From Lama glama (lineage: Eukaryota): a stretch of DNA of 64,000 nucleotides. Under the pieces are notes generated by a model that ran no database searches, was not told where the DNA came from, and saw nothing but the letters and a program-made list of their open reading frames with translations. A program made the position numbers and the translations under genes. The stretch lies in contig CM052818.1 in the NCBI GenBank assembly GCA_028534125.1, forward strand, positions 8,186,001-8,250,000. The letters run 5' to 3'. Of the stretch, positions 39,590 to 53,017 are shown in pieces; positions within the stretch are counted from its first letter, which is position 1; each line of letters begins with the position of its first letter.

Positions 39590-40025
39590 TTAAGGTTGTG
39601 TATCCTTTTGCTCACTGTTATATCCACAGCATCTAACCCAGTACCAGCCACAGAGTGAGCATTCAACAAATGTTGAGTGAACCCATAAAATGCTCTCTTA
39701 ATTTTAAATCCTTCCCATAAACTATTCTCATTCTTCATGTACTTAAAAATCACTGGACAGTATTTTAATTTCTGGGTAGCCTATGGCAAAGTTAATAAAC
39801 TGAATTAATTTGAACTAAATATAATGAAGAAACCAACTGAAAACTGGTTTGGAATAGACTGTACTGTGCTTGAGTTTATAAACAAACTTACCAGAATGTA
39901 AATTGTATCAAGGTAGAAATTTTTTTTACTATTACTTTTTTTTTTTTTTAACTACTGCTTCATCCTCCAGGACTTTGAAAAGAACCTGGCATGCAACAGA
40001 CACTCAATAAATACTTAGAATAAAT
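39590..40025 (+). mobile_element. Two L2 3'-end fragments
   Basis: ttgctcactgttatatccacagcatcta...cattcaacaaatgttgagtga; cctggcatgcaacagacactcaataaatact. Confidence 0.55.
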
Positions 40026-41577
40026 AAAAGAATTATTTTTATAATATAAGAACATATAGGATATAAAAATATATAGCTGGTAGTGTGTAAAGTATACATT
40101 TTAAATATACAAAAGAATCAAGCATTTCCAAATTTAAAGAGCTTACAACATCTTGGATATAAATGACTTTTTAAAAAAAAATCACGATTATGTGAATTGA
40201 CTGAGACCTTATACCTTATCTTGTGCTATTAATGCATTATTTAATTAGTTGATTTTAATAGTTTTGAAGTGGATAAAACAATCTTTATTCAAATGGCTGG
40301 GTTTTCACATTTTTGACTAGCAATTTTTTTTAAAGTTATATAACTCAAAAAAAAAAAAGAAAGAAAGAAAGAAAGAAAACGATTTAGAAGGAAAAAACCA
40401 TACAAGGTGAGAAGGGCAATGATAAATAAATGATTCTAGGGCTAAACTAAAAACACTTTAGATTTGGTACTGCCCTAAACTAGTGATTATATTTCAAATA
40501 AGTCAAATTCTCTGGTTATCTCTATTTTCCCATTTGTATCAGATTACACCTTTTGAGGTCTAAAATTCTTTATTGTAGAGCAAATAAACTTTGTATTTGT
40601 AGCAAATTTATCTACTTTGATATTTACCGTCATAAATTAATTATGATATTGGTTAGTTTCCTGATATGAATTATATCTGAATTCATTCATATATCTGAAT
40701 TCTTCTTAATGAAGCTCCAAATGAAATAGTATCCAGTTAAAAATTACTAAATTTTGGCTTGGTTTTATTTGATTCATATCTTAGTAGTTTTCCTTTAAGT
40801 TGGAACAAAAAAATGCCCATCTATTCAGAGTCCTTATGTGTATCTAAAAACAATATAACTCATGAAAATTTTCAGTGTTTACAAAACAAAGAAAATTGTC
40901 AACAGAATCCGTGGTGGTAGACTTACTAGAAAAAAAAATTACAATCTATAATTCATGAAGATTGGCTTAAAACAAACTATCCCTGCCAACAGAAAATCTG
41001 ACAATTATTCTGTTGTCTAATTTGGCTCAGTCTAAGTTGACCTTGTTTATTCATCTCAGTCTTTTAATTCTTCTTATCTTGGCATAAGAGGAGAACATAT
41101 GGCATATGTCTAGGAAGTCCATTTCTGCATCTTAAACTGAAATAAATGTAGAATATACTGAGCATCTCCAATGTGTTCAGCTCTTACGGTAGCTTATATA
41201 TATAAGATAGAACTGGTTAAGTTCATATTATCTGTAGTCATTAGACATTTTGTTTGCTGCCTATAAAACTAGAAACTAAGTAGAGACATCTTTTTCTAAG
41301 CCTTAGTATATAGCTAACACTGGCCAATTTTAAATATATTTCACAAGAAGACAGACAATCTTAAGCTCTTTTAAAACATAAAAATTAAAGGGTATCAGCA
41401 ATTTGACAATCTAAATATGTTTACAGGTTTTCACTAAAACTCTCTCGACGTTTAATGAATCTCTAAGTTTAAGAAAGCTGATCAAGATAATGTGAGAAAG
41501 ATAACAGGAACTGAAGAACAAAAAGAATATTTCCATTTTCTCTCCAGCTTAATCTGGCCTCCAGTGAACTTTCTTAT

Positions 41578-44500
41578 TTCACCAAGACAGATCATATCCT
41601 GAGTCATAAAACAAATCTTGAATTTAAAAGAACATACCAAGTATGTTCTCTAACTATAATGGAATTATACTAGGAATTAATAACAAAGATATACAGAAAA
41701 ATCTACAAAAATTTAGAAATTAAAAAACACACTTCTATTAATCCATAGGTCAAAAATACAGTCTCAGGAAAATCAGAACATATTATAAATTGAAAAATAA
41801 ATTATAATATATCAACATTTGTGGGATGCAGCTTAAATAGTGCTGAGTAGAGATTTTATTCCACTGAACGCTTACAAAGAAAAAAAGAAATGTCTCAGTG
41901 AAGAGTCTAAGCTCCTACCTTGAGAAACTAGAAGAAAAAACATAAAAATAAACTCAAATCACACAAAAGAAAAGAATAAAAGAGCATACATCACTGAAAT
42001 TGAAAACAGAAAAACAAGGAAATCAATGAAATCAAAAGCTTAAAAGTTGTTTGAAAAGATCAATTTTGATAAAACTCTAGTCAGACTGACAAAGAAAAAA
42101 GACAGGATTTCAATGTCAGGAATGAAAGAGGATATTAAAATGTTAAATAGATAATTATTTTATTATTGTGAACTACTCTATGCATACAAATATGACAACA
42201 TAGTTGGAATGGACTATTTGAAAACCACAAGCTATGAAGCTTGCTAAAAATGAAACAGATAATCTGAATACTCCTGTAAATATTCAAAAAACTGAATTTA
42301 TAGTTGAAAAGCAAAACTCCAAAAAGGACATATCCAGGTCCAGATAGTCTCACTAGTAAACTTGACCAAACATTTAGAGGAAAATAAAATACCATCAATG
42401 GTGCTCAATCTTTATCACAAAATAAGGATCAAAAAGCATGTCCCATCTCATTTTCTAAAGCTCCCATTATCCAGAGTACAAAATATACAAACAAACAAAT
42501 AGAAAACCACTAAGACCAGTGGTATAATTTATGGTAAACTTAGACCAGTATCCCTCATAAATATAGAAGCAAAAATCCTCAACAAAAGCTTAAGAAATAT
42601 AATTCAGTCATATATTTTTTAAAATAATACAACACAATCAAGTGCAGTTTATCTTGGGAATGCAAGGCTCATTCAATACTGAAAAATCAATCAATAAAAT
42701 CGACTATATTGACAGTTTAAAGAAAAAAAATTAGTTGATCAAATCAACTGATGTAAAAGAGTATTTGACCAGATTTTATACCCATTTAGGATTTTTTTTA
42801 ACTCAGAAAACTAGGAATAACAAGAAGCTTCCTCAATCTACACAGAGAAGCTATGGAGAAAAAAAAAAAAAGCTACAGCTAAATTGGTAGAGAAAGACTG
42901 TTTTCCTCCTAAGACTGAGAACATAGCTGGGCATACAGCAAAGATGTCCAGTCTCACCATGCTTATATAACACTGTGCTGAAAGTCTTAGCTAGTGTAAT
43001 ACAACAAAAAAGAAAAAAAGAAAAGAAAAGAAAAAGAAAGAAAAAACATACAGCTTCGAAAAGTAAAGCCATCTTCCCTTTTTGTAGGCAACATAGAAAA
43101 TCTCAAGGATATCTGCAAAAAAAACTACGACTAATAAGTAAGTTTAGCAAGGTCACAGAATATACAACCAACACATAAAAGTCAATTGTATTTCTATATA
43201 CTAGTAATGTACATTTGGAAGTCAGAGTTTTTAAATTTACAATAGCTCCAAAATAAATGACATTACTCAGGTATAAAACTAACAAAATGTATACAGAATC
43301 TATGCCAATGACTATAAATACTGTTTAAAGTCATCAAAGATCTAAATAAATGGATATACACACTAGGTTTATGGATTTGAAAACACAATAAAGATGTCGT
43401 TGTCTTCTGACTGATCTAAAGATGTAACACAATTCTAATCAAAAAGCCCATAAAGTTTTTTTTTGTAGACACAGACAAGCTGAATATAAAATTTATACAG
43501 AAAGACAAATAAACTAGAAAAAAATCATTTTAAAGGTGAAGTAATGTTGAAGGAATCATGCAAGATCTTAAGTTTTTCTAAAGCAGGAGTCAGCAAACAT
43601 TTTCTAAGGGCCAATTAGTAAGTGTTTTAGGTTTTGAAGGTCATACAGTCCCCTGCCACAGCTACTGAAGTCTGAAATTGTAGTGAGACAGCAGCCACTG
43701 ACAATATGTAAATGAATGGGTGCAGGTGTGTTCCAATAAAACTGTATTTATAAAACTAGGCCTGGACTGGATGTGGCCATAGACTGTAGTTTGCCATTTC
43801 CTGCTCTCAAGCTAAACTAATAAAGAAATTATGGTATTAGCAAAAGGACAGATACACAGATTAATGAAACAGAACTCAAAAGTAGACCCATATAAATATG
43901 CCCAACTGATTTTTAACAAAAGTATGAAGGCAATTCAGTGAACAAAGGACACTCTTCAACAAATGATAAAACAACTGGACATCTATGTGTAAGAATCATT
44001 AGCCCCAAACCAAACCTCACACTTTACTCAACTCGAAATGGATCATATATCTAAATATAAAATGTAAAACTATAAAGCATTTAGAAGAAAACATATGAGG
44101 AAATCTTCATGATCTGGGATTAGTCAAAGAATTCTCAGATCTGACACTGAAAGCACAATCCATAATTTTAAGAAATTAATAAGCTAGATTTCACCAACTT
44201 TTGCTCTTCAAAGGTCACTCTTAAGAGTATGAAAAAACAAGCTACATGCTACGAGAAAATATGTGCAAATCACATAACAGATGTTGAATTTATATCCAGA
44301 ATATATTTTTTAAACTGTCAGAACAACCCAATTAAAATGGGCAGAACACTTGAACAGATACTTTAATAAGGTGATATACAGATGGCAAATAAGCACATGG
44401 AAAAATATTCAACATCATTAATCATGAGGAAAATGCAAAATTAAAACCATGATGAGATATCCCTGCACACTTATTAGAGTATCTGTAATAAAAACATACA

Positions 44501-45165
44501 GACAATACTAAGCACTATGATGCAAAGTAACTCAATATCTCATTCATTGCTGGTGAGAATACAGAAATGGAAGAGCCATCCTGGTAAACAGTTTAGCAGT
44601 TTCCTATAAAGAAAAAATATATTTAGCATGAGCCGGCAATCCTATTCTTGAGTATTTACCCTAGTGAAATGAAAACTTATGTCACACAAAAACCTATAGA
44701 TGAATGTTGATAACCATGGTACTTCTAATTGACAAAATCTGAGAAAACAAATATCCTTCAACAGGCGAATAAACAAACTGATACATCTATAAAACGGAAT
44801 ACAGCTTAGCAATAAAAAGTAACAAACTATTGATAAATGTAGCATCTGGATGAATTCAGGAGCAATATACTGAGTGACAGAAGCTAGCAACAGAAGTTTA
44901 TATGTATGATTCCAATTATACAACATTTTTGAAGTCAAAACTATAGTTATGGTGAGAAATAACTGCCAGGAGTTACTGTTAGGGGAGGGTGTGATTATAA
45001 AGTATGAAGCAATTTTTTTGGCATGACAAAACTATTTTGTATTGTTTGTGGTGTGGTAATAGTAACATGAATCCATATAGCTGTTAAAATTCATAAACTC
45101 TACATCTTTAAGAGTCCATTTTAATGTATAATAATCTAAGTAATCAAATTTTTAAAATAAAAAAT
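41578..45165 (+). mobile_element. L1 (L1MC/L1MD grade) ORF2 and 3' UTR remnant
   Basis: ttgtgggatgcagct; gcaaaaatcctcaacaaa; gggaatgcaaggc; atggcaaataagcacatgg; gtatttaccctagtgaaatgaaaacttatgtcacacaaaaacct. Confidence 0.88.
43584..43803. mobile_element. MER58A-like element nested in L1
   Basis: caggagtcagcaaac...gtgttccaataaaact...tgtagtttgccatttcctg. TSD-like ttctaaag/ctctcaag. Confidence 0.88.
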
Positions 45166-46049
45166 TAATCATAGTTTTAAAGAGTTACCTAAAACCTAAG
45201 ACTTTAAACCTTAAAATATAATCTCAGCTTTGTTAAAAAAAAATACATAATAGTAAGTATAGGAGCTAACTATTCCGATAACTCTGGATATATGGATTAT
45301 GTTAATGTTCTTTTTCTGTGTTTTTTTTTAGTTTTTCTACACTAGTAATAGATTACTCTTTAAATTAGGAAATTAAAGTTTATTTAATAAAAAACATCTA
45401 CATTCATTCTAATTTTGAAATACCCTAAGCATCACATTTAGAGTTCAGAGCATCACATTTTTTCCATGATTACTTTTTTGAAAATTGCATATGTGAAATA
45501 TTTTATTTGTATATTAAAGCTGAATTTAATTGTCTTTTAAAATGTCCTGTAAAATATCTGATGGTGAGAAAGTTAAAGACAGTTTTCAACATTTTTACAT
45601 TATGGAATTTAAGTGATTATATTGTTCAAAATTTCCAAGGAAATTTGTTTTCCCAAGGAAATTTTTTAAATCATATTTTAAAGCCTCGTAAGTTTGAACG
45701 TATTCAGTACTTAAAATCTGTAACATATTTAACCCTATAATTTTCCTTTTCACCCTTTTTCCAATTAAAAAAACCTATACATAACAGACAAGTATCTGAC
45801 AGATGGAATGAACCTGAAAAAGGCAACTCTGCTGGATCTTTGATGGCTAAGACCTATAATGAAGAAGGTAATGTTATGCAAGGTATACAAAATATTCAAA
45901 GTATAAAGGAAAAACAATGTTATAGCCAGCAAGAGCTTGCAGTAAATGCATAAAAATAAGAAAATCTTGGGCATTTCCAGATGATGTGTTTTAAGACTGT
46001 TCTTGACAGGTGTAATGTAAAACACCAAGTCATCTGATTATAATAAAGG

Positions 46050-46195
46050 CTTACTTTTAATAAGCATACAAATAATTTGGGGATTTTGTTTAAATGTTGA
46101 TTCTCATTCAGTAGATCTGGGGTAGAACCCGTGATTCTAAACTTCTAACAAGCTCTCAAGTGATGTATACGGTACTAGCTTAGAGATTATACAGA
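46050..46195. mobile_element. MER5A-like element
   Basis: gattctcattcagtagatctggggtagaaccc...ttctaacaagctctcaagtgatg. Confidence 0.7.
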
Positions 46196-47119
46196 ATAGG
46201 AAGCCAAGCTGTGAAGGTCATTGAGAAAAATGGCTGATTCTTGCCCAATTGAGTAACAAAGACATAAACATAGTAAGTACTACAACATAAGGCAGCCATG
46301 TGATATATCCCTAAAAGTTGTACCCAATAGAAAGCAAGATGAGGTAACAGCATTCACCTCCAGCCAAAATGTTCAGTGAGATTTCACAATGCAGAAGAAA
46401 CTGCATACAAAATTATGGAAATAGAAAGCACAGATAATAGATTACTGCATGTGAAGTTACAAAAAAATTAATATTTGAATGTTCTCATTATGTCCCCTTT
46501 CACTGTCCCCTAAATATGAATCTAAGCTTGACCTACTCATTTTCTTACCTTTCTCTCTGAGAATGGGCCAATTCTGCTGAACTAAGATTCTGAAACGCAA
46601 AATTTGGAAGAAAGGAAGATACAGAGGACAAGAGAGACATGTGGAGTTAAGAGGCTTGAAGTGAAGTTTTACTTCTGGAGATCCCAGGGAAGAAAACACA
46701 TGAGAGCAACTTCAGCATCTGAAGGATGTGGATAAAATAGAAAAAGAATTTTTATGTATTGTATAGTGTCAGGGATACAACAGTTACTTTTTTTTTTTCA
46801 TAAACTGAACCCTATCAACTCTATGTCACAAAGCATATATAACATATGGCCCCAACTCTAGCCTAATATAATGTCACTCTAATTCTTCAGTTGTTCTTGC
46901 CTATGAAATCAAAATTTCCATGGAATGATTCTCATAAAGGATGAGGAGTTGAATAAGCAATTTAAAGTGATTCTTTTGGCATTAATAGTTTAAAGATACA
47001 TGATCCCCAGTAGAAAAATATGCTACTTTTGTCTCTAAGTTTGTTCTCCCTTGAATTTGAAGAAAAATGATTCATAGTTTTCAACAAGGCCAGCAATAAA
47101 GTTGAACTTAAAAGTTGAT

Positions 47120-50100
47120 GGTTACTAGCAACATGGCAGAATAGGAGGTCCCCCCAACCCTCATTTCCTGCACAGACACACTGATTTGGCAACTATCCAT
47201 GAACAAGTGACACTGTACGAGCTTCAAAGTCCATGAAGAAGTTGCAACATCCCAGTAGAGCCCAAAACCAAGAAAAGACAGTTTAAGAAGTCACAACCAC
47301 ACCCTGGCAGCAGATCTGCTGAATATGGATCTGATGGCAACCCTATACCCTTGTGGACCTGGCTCCTGCCCCACTAAACTGTGGTCACACCACAAGTCTT
47401 GTCCACCTGCAGACCCAGCAGAAACCACACCTACCTATGACCCCTATTATAGGCCTGCTGACTGCACACATAATTTAAGACTTGCTCAACTGTGATCCTG
47501 GAGGCAGTCTCATCCACTCAGAGACCCAGGAGGAGACATGACAATCTGCATCCCAAGTAACAGGCCTGCCAACTGTGAATACAGAAGTGGCCCCATCCAC
47601 CTGGGGACCCAGCATGAGGTACTCCTGCTGGTGCCCCCAGTAACAGGCTAGCCAACCATGGACCTGACTATGGACCTGGAAGCAGCCTCATGATCTGGCG
47701 CAGGCCCTCCCTAACTGCAGTCTGGAGGCAGGCCTGTCTGTCTGGGGACCTGGCAAGAGTAGGTCCTTACTTGCCGAAAACAGTCTGAAAAAAACAGAAG
47801 GGGTTCCTTCTCCTTCAGATGCATGGACATCAATACAAGGCTGTTAAGTATCACAAAGAATCAAGCAAAGATGACACCACCAAAGGAAACTAACATAGTT
47901 CCAGTACCCAACCCTAAAGAAATGGAGATCCATGAATGGACTGACAAAGTATTTTTTAAAATCATCATAAACAAGCTCAGTGAGCTAAAAGAGAACACAG
48001 ACAACTGAAGACAATCAGGAAAACAACACACGAACAAAATGAGAAGTTCAATAGAGAAATAGAATTTTTTTAAAGAAAACTAGAGCTGAAGAACACAATA
48101 ACTGAAAAATGGAGTACCTTCAACAGCAGAATCAATAAAGCAGAAGAAATAATCAGCAAGCTTGAAGACAAGTCATTTGAAATTATCCACTGAGAGGAAT
48201 AACAACAACAAAAAGAATGAAAAACTGAAGAAAGTCTACGGGGCTTATGGGATACCAATGAGGAACCAATTTATACATTTTGGGAGTCCCACATGGAGGA
48301 GGAGGGGAGGCGGAGGAGAGAGAGGGAGAGAAGAGTCAAAATGTATGTAAAGAAATAATGGTTGAAACATCTGAAATCTAGAAAGGGAAAGGGACCTCCA
48401 GATTTGTAAAGCCCCCAAGTGCCCAAATAGGTTGAAATCTGCATAAAACACATTACAATTAAATTGTCTAAAGTCAAATGCAGAGAGAATTTTCACAAAT
48501 GAGAGAAAAGTGACTTGTCACATACAAGGGAGCATGCAAGGAATAGCAGATAGACTACTGGTGGATTTCTCAACAGAAACCTTTTAGGTCAGAAGTGAGT
48601 GGGATGATGCACTCAAAGCTCTAAAGGAAAAACCTTCCAAATAAGCATACTGGCAAAATTGTCCTTTAAGGAAGAAGAAGAGAGAAAGATTTTCTCAAAC
48701 AAAAGCTGAGGGAGTTTATCCTACTTGATCTGCCTTACAAGAAGTGCTAAAGGCAGTTCAAATTAAAACCAAAAAAATGCTAAACAATAACATAAAGTAT
48801 AAATCACTGCTAAAGGAAATATTAAGACAAACAATACTGACATACTGTAATGGTGGCACATAAATCGTTTTAAACACTAGTATATAAAATAAAGACAAAA
48901 GTTGTAAGAATAACTATAACCACTGAATGTGTTAACAGAAACAATATAGAAAGAAGCAAAGTCTAGTATCAGTTCATAAAGTGTGTGTGAGGGAAGAAGT
49001 AAAGTGTATACTTTGTGTATGGAACTGAAGTTAAGCTGTTATTAGCTTAAACAGACTGCTATAACTCTAAAATACTTGATGCAAGCCCAATGGTAACTAA
49101 AAGAAAAAGCATAAAAGGTACAGCAAAGATAAAAAAGAAAGCATACAACTACAGGAAAAATCTATAAAGAAACAGCAGAACTGAACAACAGTATACACCA
49201 AATAAAAACTAAAGACATAAACAGAACATTCCACCAAACAGCATCAGAATACTCATTCTTCTCATCACCAGGATGAATCACATGCTAGGTTACAAAGCAA
49301 GTCATAACAAATTTATGAAAACTGGAATCATTCCAAGTATCTTTTCTAATAACAAGAGAATGAAACTAGAAATGAATACTAGAAAGAAAATGGGAAAATT
49401 AACCAATAATGAACTTTAAAAAATTTACTCTTAACTACTGGCTCAAAGAAGAAATCAAAATTAAATTAGAAAATATCTTGAGACAAATGAAAATGAAAAC
49501 ATACCAAAACTTATAGGAGACAGCATAAATAGTACCAGGAGGAAAGCTTACAAGCATAAACTTTTTTATTTAAAAAAATATTACAGTGAACAACATAGCT
49601 TTACACTTCAAGGAACTAGAAAAGAACAAACTAATCCCAAAGTTGGCAGAAGGAAGGAATAAGCAAGATTATCGTAGAAATAAGCTAAATAGAAAATAGA
49701 AAAACTATTTTTAAAAATCAGTGGAACTAAGAACTGGTTTTTGGAAAAGATAAAGTCAACAATCCTTTAGCTAGACTAAGAAATAAAGAGGAAAGACACA
49801 AATAAATAAAATCAGAAATAAAGGTGAAGACATTGCAACTGATTCCACAAAAATAAAAATTGATCATAATGATATACTATAAACAAAAACTAGAAGAAAT
49901 GGCAAAATTCTTAGGAACCAATAACCTACCAAGAATGAATCAAGAAGAGACAGCCTGAGGAGATCAGTGAAAAATAAGGAAATTGAAAGAGTAATCAAAA
50001 ACCTTCCAACAAAGAAAAGCACAGGACCAGATGTATTCAAAGATGAATTCCAGCGAATATTTAAAGAAGAATTGATACCAACCCTCCTCAAACTTTTCCA

Positions 50101-51010
50101 AAAAATTGAAGAGGGAAAACTTTAAAACTTACTCTATGAGGCCAATATCACCCTGTTACCAAAGCCAGACAAAGGCACAAGAAAAGAAAACTACAGGCCA
50201 ATATCCCTGATGAACACTGATGCAAAAATCCTCAACAAAACAGCAGCAAACGGAATTCAACAGCACATTAAAAGAATCATACACTTGGCCAAGTAGGACT
50301 TAACCTAAAATGCAAGGATAGTTTAACACATGAAAAATCACAGAATGTAATATAACATTAAAAGCATAGGCAACCAAAGTAAAAATAGGTAAGTGGGATT
50401 AGAGCAAATTAAAAAGCTCCTGTTCAGCAAATGAAATCACCAACAAAATGAAAAGGCAACCTATGGATTGAGAGAAAATATTTGCAGACCATGTATCAGA
50501 TATGGAGTTAACATCCAAAATATATAAAGAACTCATACAACTCAAAAGGAAAAAAAAAACAATTCAATTAAAAATGGGCAGAGGACCTGAGTAGACATTT
50601 TTACAAGGAAGACATACAAATGGCCAACACGTACTTGAAAAAGTGCTCAAAATCATAAATCACCAGGAAAATCAAACCCACAAAACCACAATGAGATATC
50701 ACCTCATATCTGTTAGGCTGGCCAGTATCAAAAATACAAAGAACAACAAGCATTGTGAGGATGGAACAAAAGGGAACAGTACCTGTGTTATAATCTTAAA
50801 ATGTTGCTAAGAGGATAGATCTTATGTTAAGTGCTCTTACACAAAGGAAAAAAAGGAAAAAAATGAGGGGTGTAAATGGGAGGAAACTACTGGAAGTGAT
50901 GGATAAGTTTATGGCAATAATAGTGATGATGGTTTCCTAGGTGTATACTTATCTCCAAACACATTAAGCTGTATATATTAAACATTATAGCTTTTTGTAT
51001 CACTGTGGTT
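47120..51010 (+). mobile_element. L1 with 5' UTR, ORF1, internally deleted ORF2 and 3' end (L1MA/L1MB grade)
   Basis: caacatggcagaatagg start; GC-richer repetitive 5' UTR; ORF1 peptide KNQAKMTPPKETN...KEMEI; ORF2 gaaaactacaggccaatatccctgatgaac; jumps near 49150, 50360 and 50775. Confidence 0.88.
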
Positions 51011-51102
51011 AATACAGTTTCCTTCATAGTATTTAAAAAATGTAATTGATGAACTTGAGTTATTTTGAAACAACCAATATTTGGTTGCTGAATTTTGGCA
51101 TT

Positions 51103-51128
51103 GTGACAGTGACAGTGACAGTGACAGT
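51103..51128. repeat. (GTGACA)4 hexamer repeat
   Basis: gtgacagtgacagtgacagtgacagt. Confidence 0.9.
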
Positions 51129-52184
51129 CATTGTATAGGGCTAGTAGATCATGGCTTTACATCCTTTAAGCCTACTGATGCTAAGGTGTAAAAGAAGAGT
51201 GGAAGATAAGGTCTGAAAGGTAGGTTATGGGTCAGATTGTGGCTAGGCTCTGGTGTAAAGCTTAAGATTTTATATTTATTTCAATACGTAGTTACATGGC
51301 TTTTAAGGTTATAGGCAGGGCAGTAATATTAGCAAAAGCATAAAATAAGAATATTAATCTAATGGCCTCATCCCAAGTTGAAATGAGAAATAACAGAAGG
51401 AAAAACTAAATAGCAACCTTATCATAATAATTCAGAGGTAAAGTAAGCCTGGGCAAAAATACTGATAGGAACAAAAAAGGATAATTTTTGAGACTGATGA
51501 AAAATTTAATAAGACTTGGTAAATTCTTTCATCCAGCATTCAACAAATGCTTATTGAATAACTCTTACATACCAGAAACCATCTTATACAGTGAAAACAG
51601 AGGTAAAAGACATAATCCTCGTCTATAAAGAGTTTGTAATTGAGAACTATGATAGAATGCTTTGATACATTCTCCACACTGACATTAAAGTGACCTTAAA
51701 CTATTTAGACCTTTTATAATCTATCCACGCCATCTCTAGCCAACCTTATTTTCTACTATTACATATTTCTAACTACTTCTACTTACTCATCACCTAAAAA
51801 TATTAATACCTAGATGATCCTTTCTACCCAATTCTTCTAAAATGTTAACTTTGAAAATGATTAATAATTTCCTACTGACAAATTCTAATAATTTTTTCCA
51901 GAGCTCTTCCACATAACTGTTGGTAGCATTCTATATTACTGAATACTCCTTCCTTGAAATTACTTTACTTTTGCCTTCTTTGCACCCTAGCAATTGAATC
52001 CTCTTTTTCCCCTAAATAGGTCTCAACTCTAATAACTGATTTAGAAATAGTATTCAGATAAGTTAAAAAGATTTTTTTAAACAACCAGTTCTAATATAAG
52101 TGGCTACATAACATATCAGGGCCTCCCTTTGTCTCTTACTGTGAACTGTTACACTTACATACCAAATGGTTAATGAATAGGAGG

Positions 52185-52602
52185 TGTATTAGGAAGGGTT
52201 CTCCAGAGAAACAGAAACAATAGGGGTGTGTGTGTGCATGCGCGCGCACTATAAGGAATTGTCTCATGTGATTATGGAGGCTGACAAATTCTAACATCTA
52301 CAATCTGCACGCTGGCTCAAAACCCAGGAAGAGCTAATGCTTCAGTACAAATCAAATGGCAGGTCAAAAACAGGCAAGGCAGGAGTTCCCTCCTATTCAG
52401 GGGAGGACCAGACTTTTGTTCTATTCAAACTTTCAATTCATTGGATGAATCCCACCCATATTAGGGAGGATAATCTTCTTTACTCAGCCTATCAATTTAA
52501 ATGTCAAACTCATCCAAAAACATTTTCATAGAAACACCCAGAATGTTTGACCAAATATGTGGGTACCCTGTGGCTCAGACTGACAAAGAAATAATTATCA
52601 TA
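52185..52602 (-). mobile_element. MLT2 (ERVL) solo LTR
   Basis: tgtattag...agggttctccagagaaacagaa; tataaggaattg...gtgattatggaggctg; aatgtttgaccaaatat. Confidence 0.88.
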
Positions 52603-53017
52603 TGGGTCCTGCTCAACCAGGTTTATTTACACAGTACAAAATCATTATAAAGATGATATTTCCTAACACAAAATAAGAATAGGCAGGAATTCTATATAGA
52701 GGAGGCTGATAAGGAAGCTATACAAACTAAATCAATACACAGAAAAGCAAAAATGAACAAATAAAAACCTAAAAACTGACCAAATTGGCTAAGTTGAGAA
52801 CTGTGCTGAAATGTGTAAGGTGAAAGAAAAAGTGGGAGTAGCCCAAGAAAGGGAAAAGAGAAAAGACAAAAACTTTTCATGGTTCTTCCTTTCTGTCTCT
52901 ATAGAAATCATACATGAATCATATTATCTGAAGAGAAGGAAAAGTTTTTTAAAATCTTCAATCCAGAACAAAACTAAAAGCAAAAAATAACGTGAAATTT
53001 AAAAGTTAATGTCCAAA

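Noticed and set aside
10470..41620. The L1 piece ending at ~10505 and the piece starting at ~41578 break at nearly the same endonuclease position, suggesting one split element
   Set aside because: The first piece continues locally into late ORF2 that is also present in the second element, so they are independent copies.
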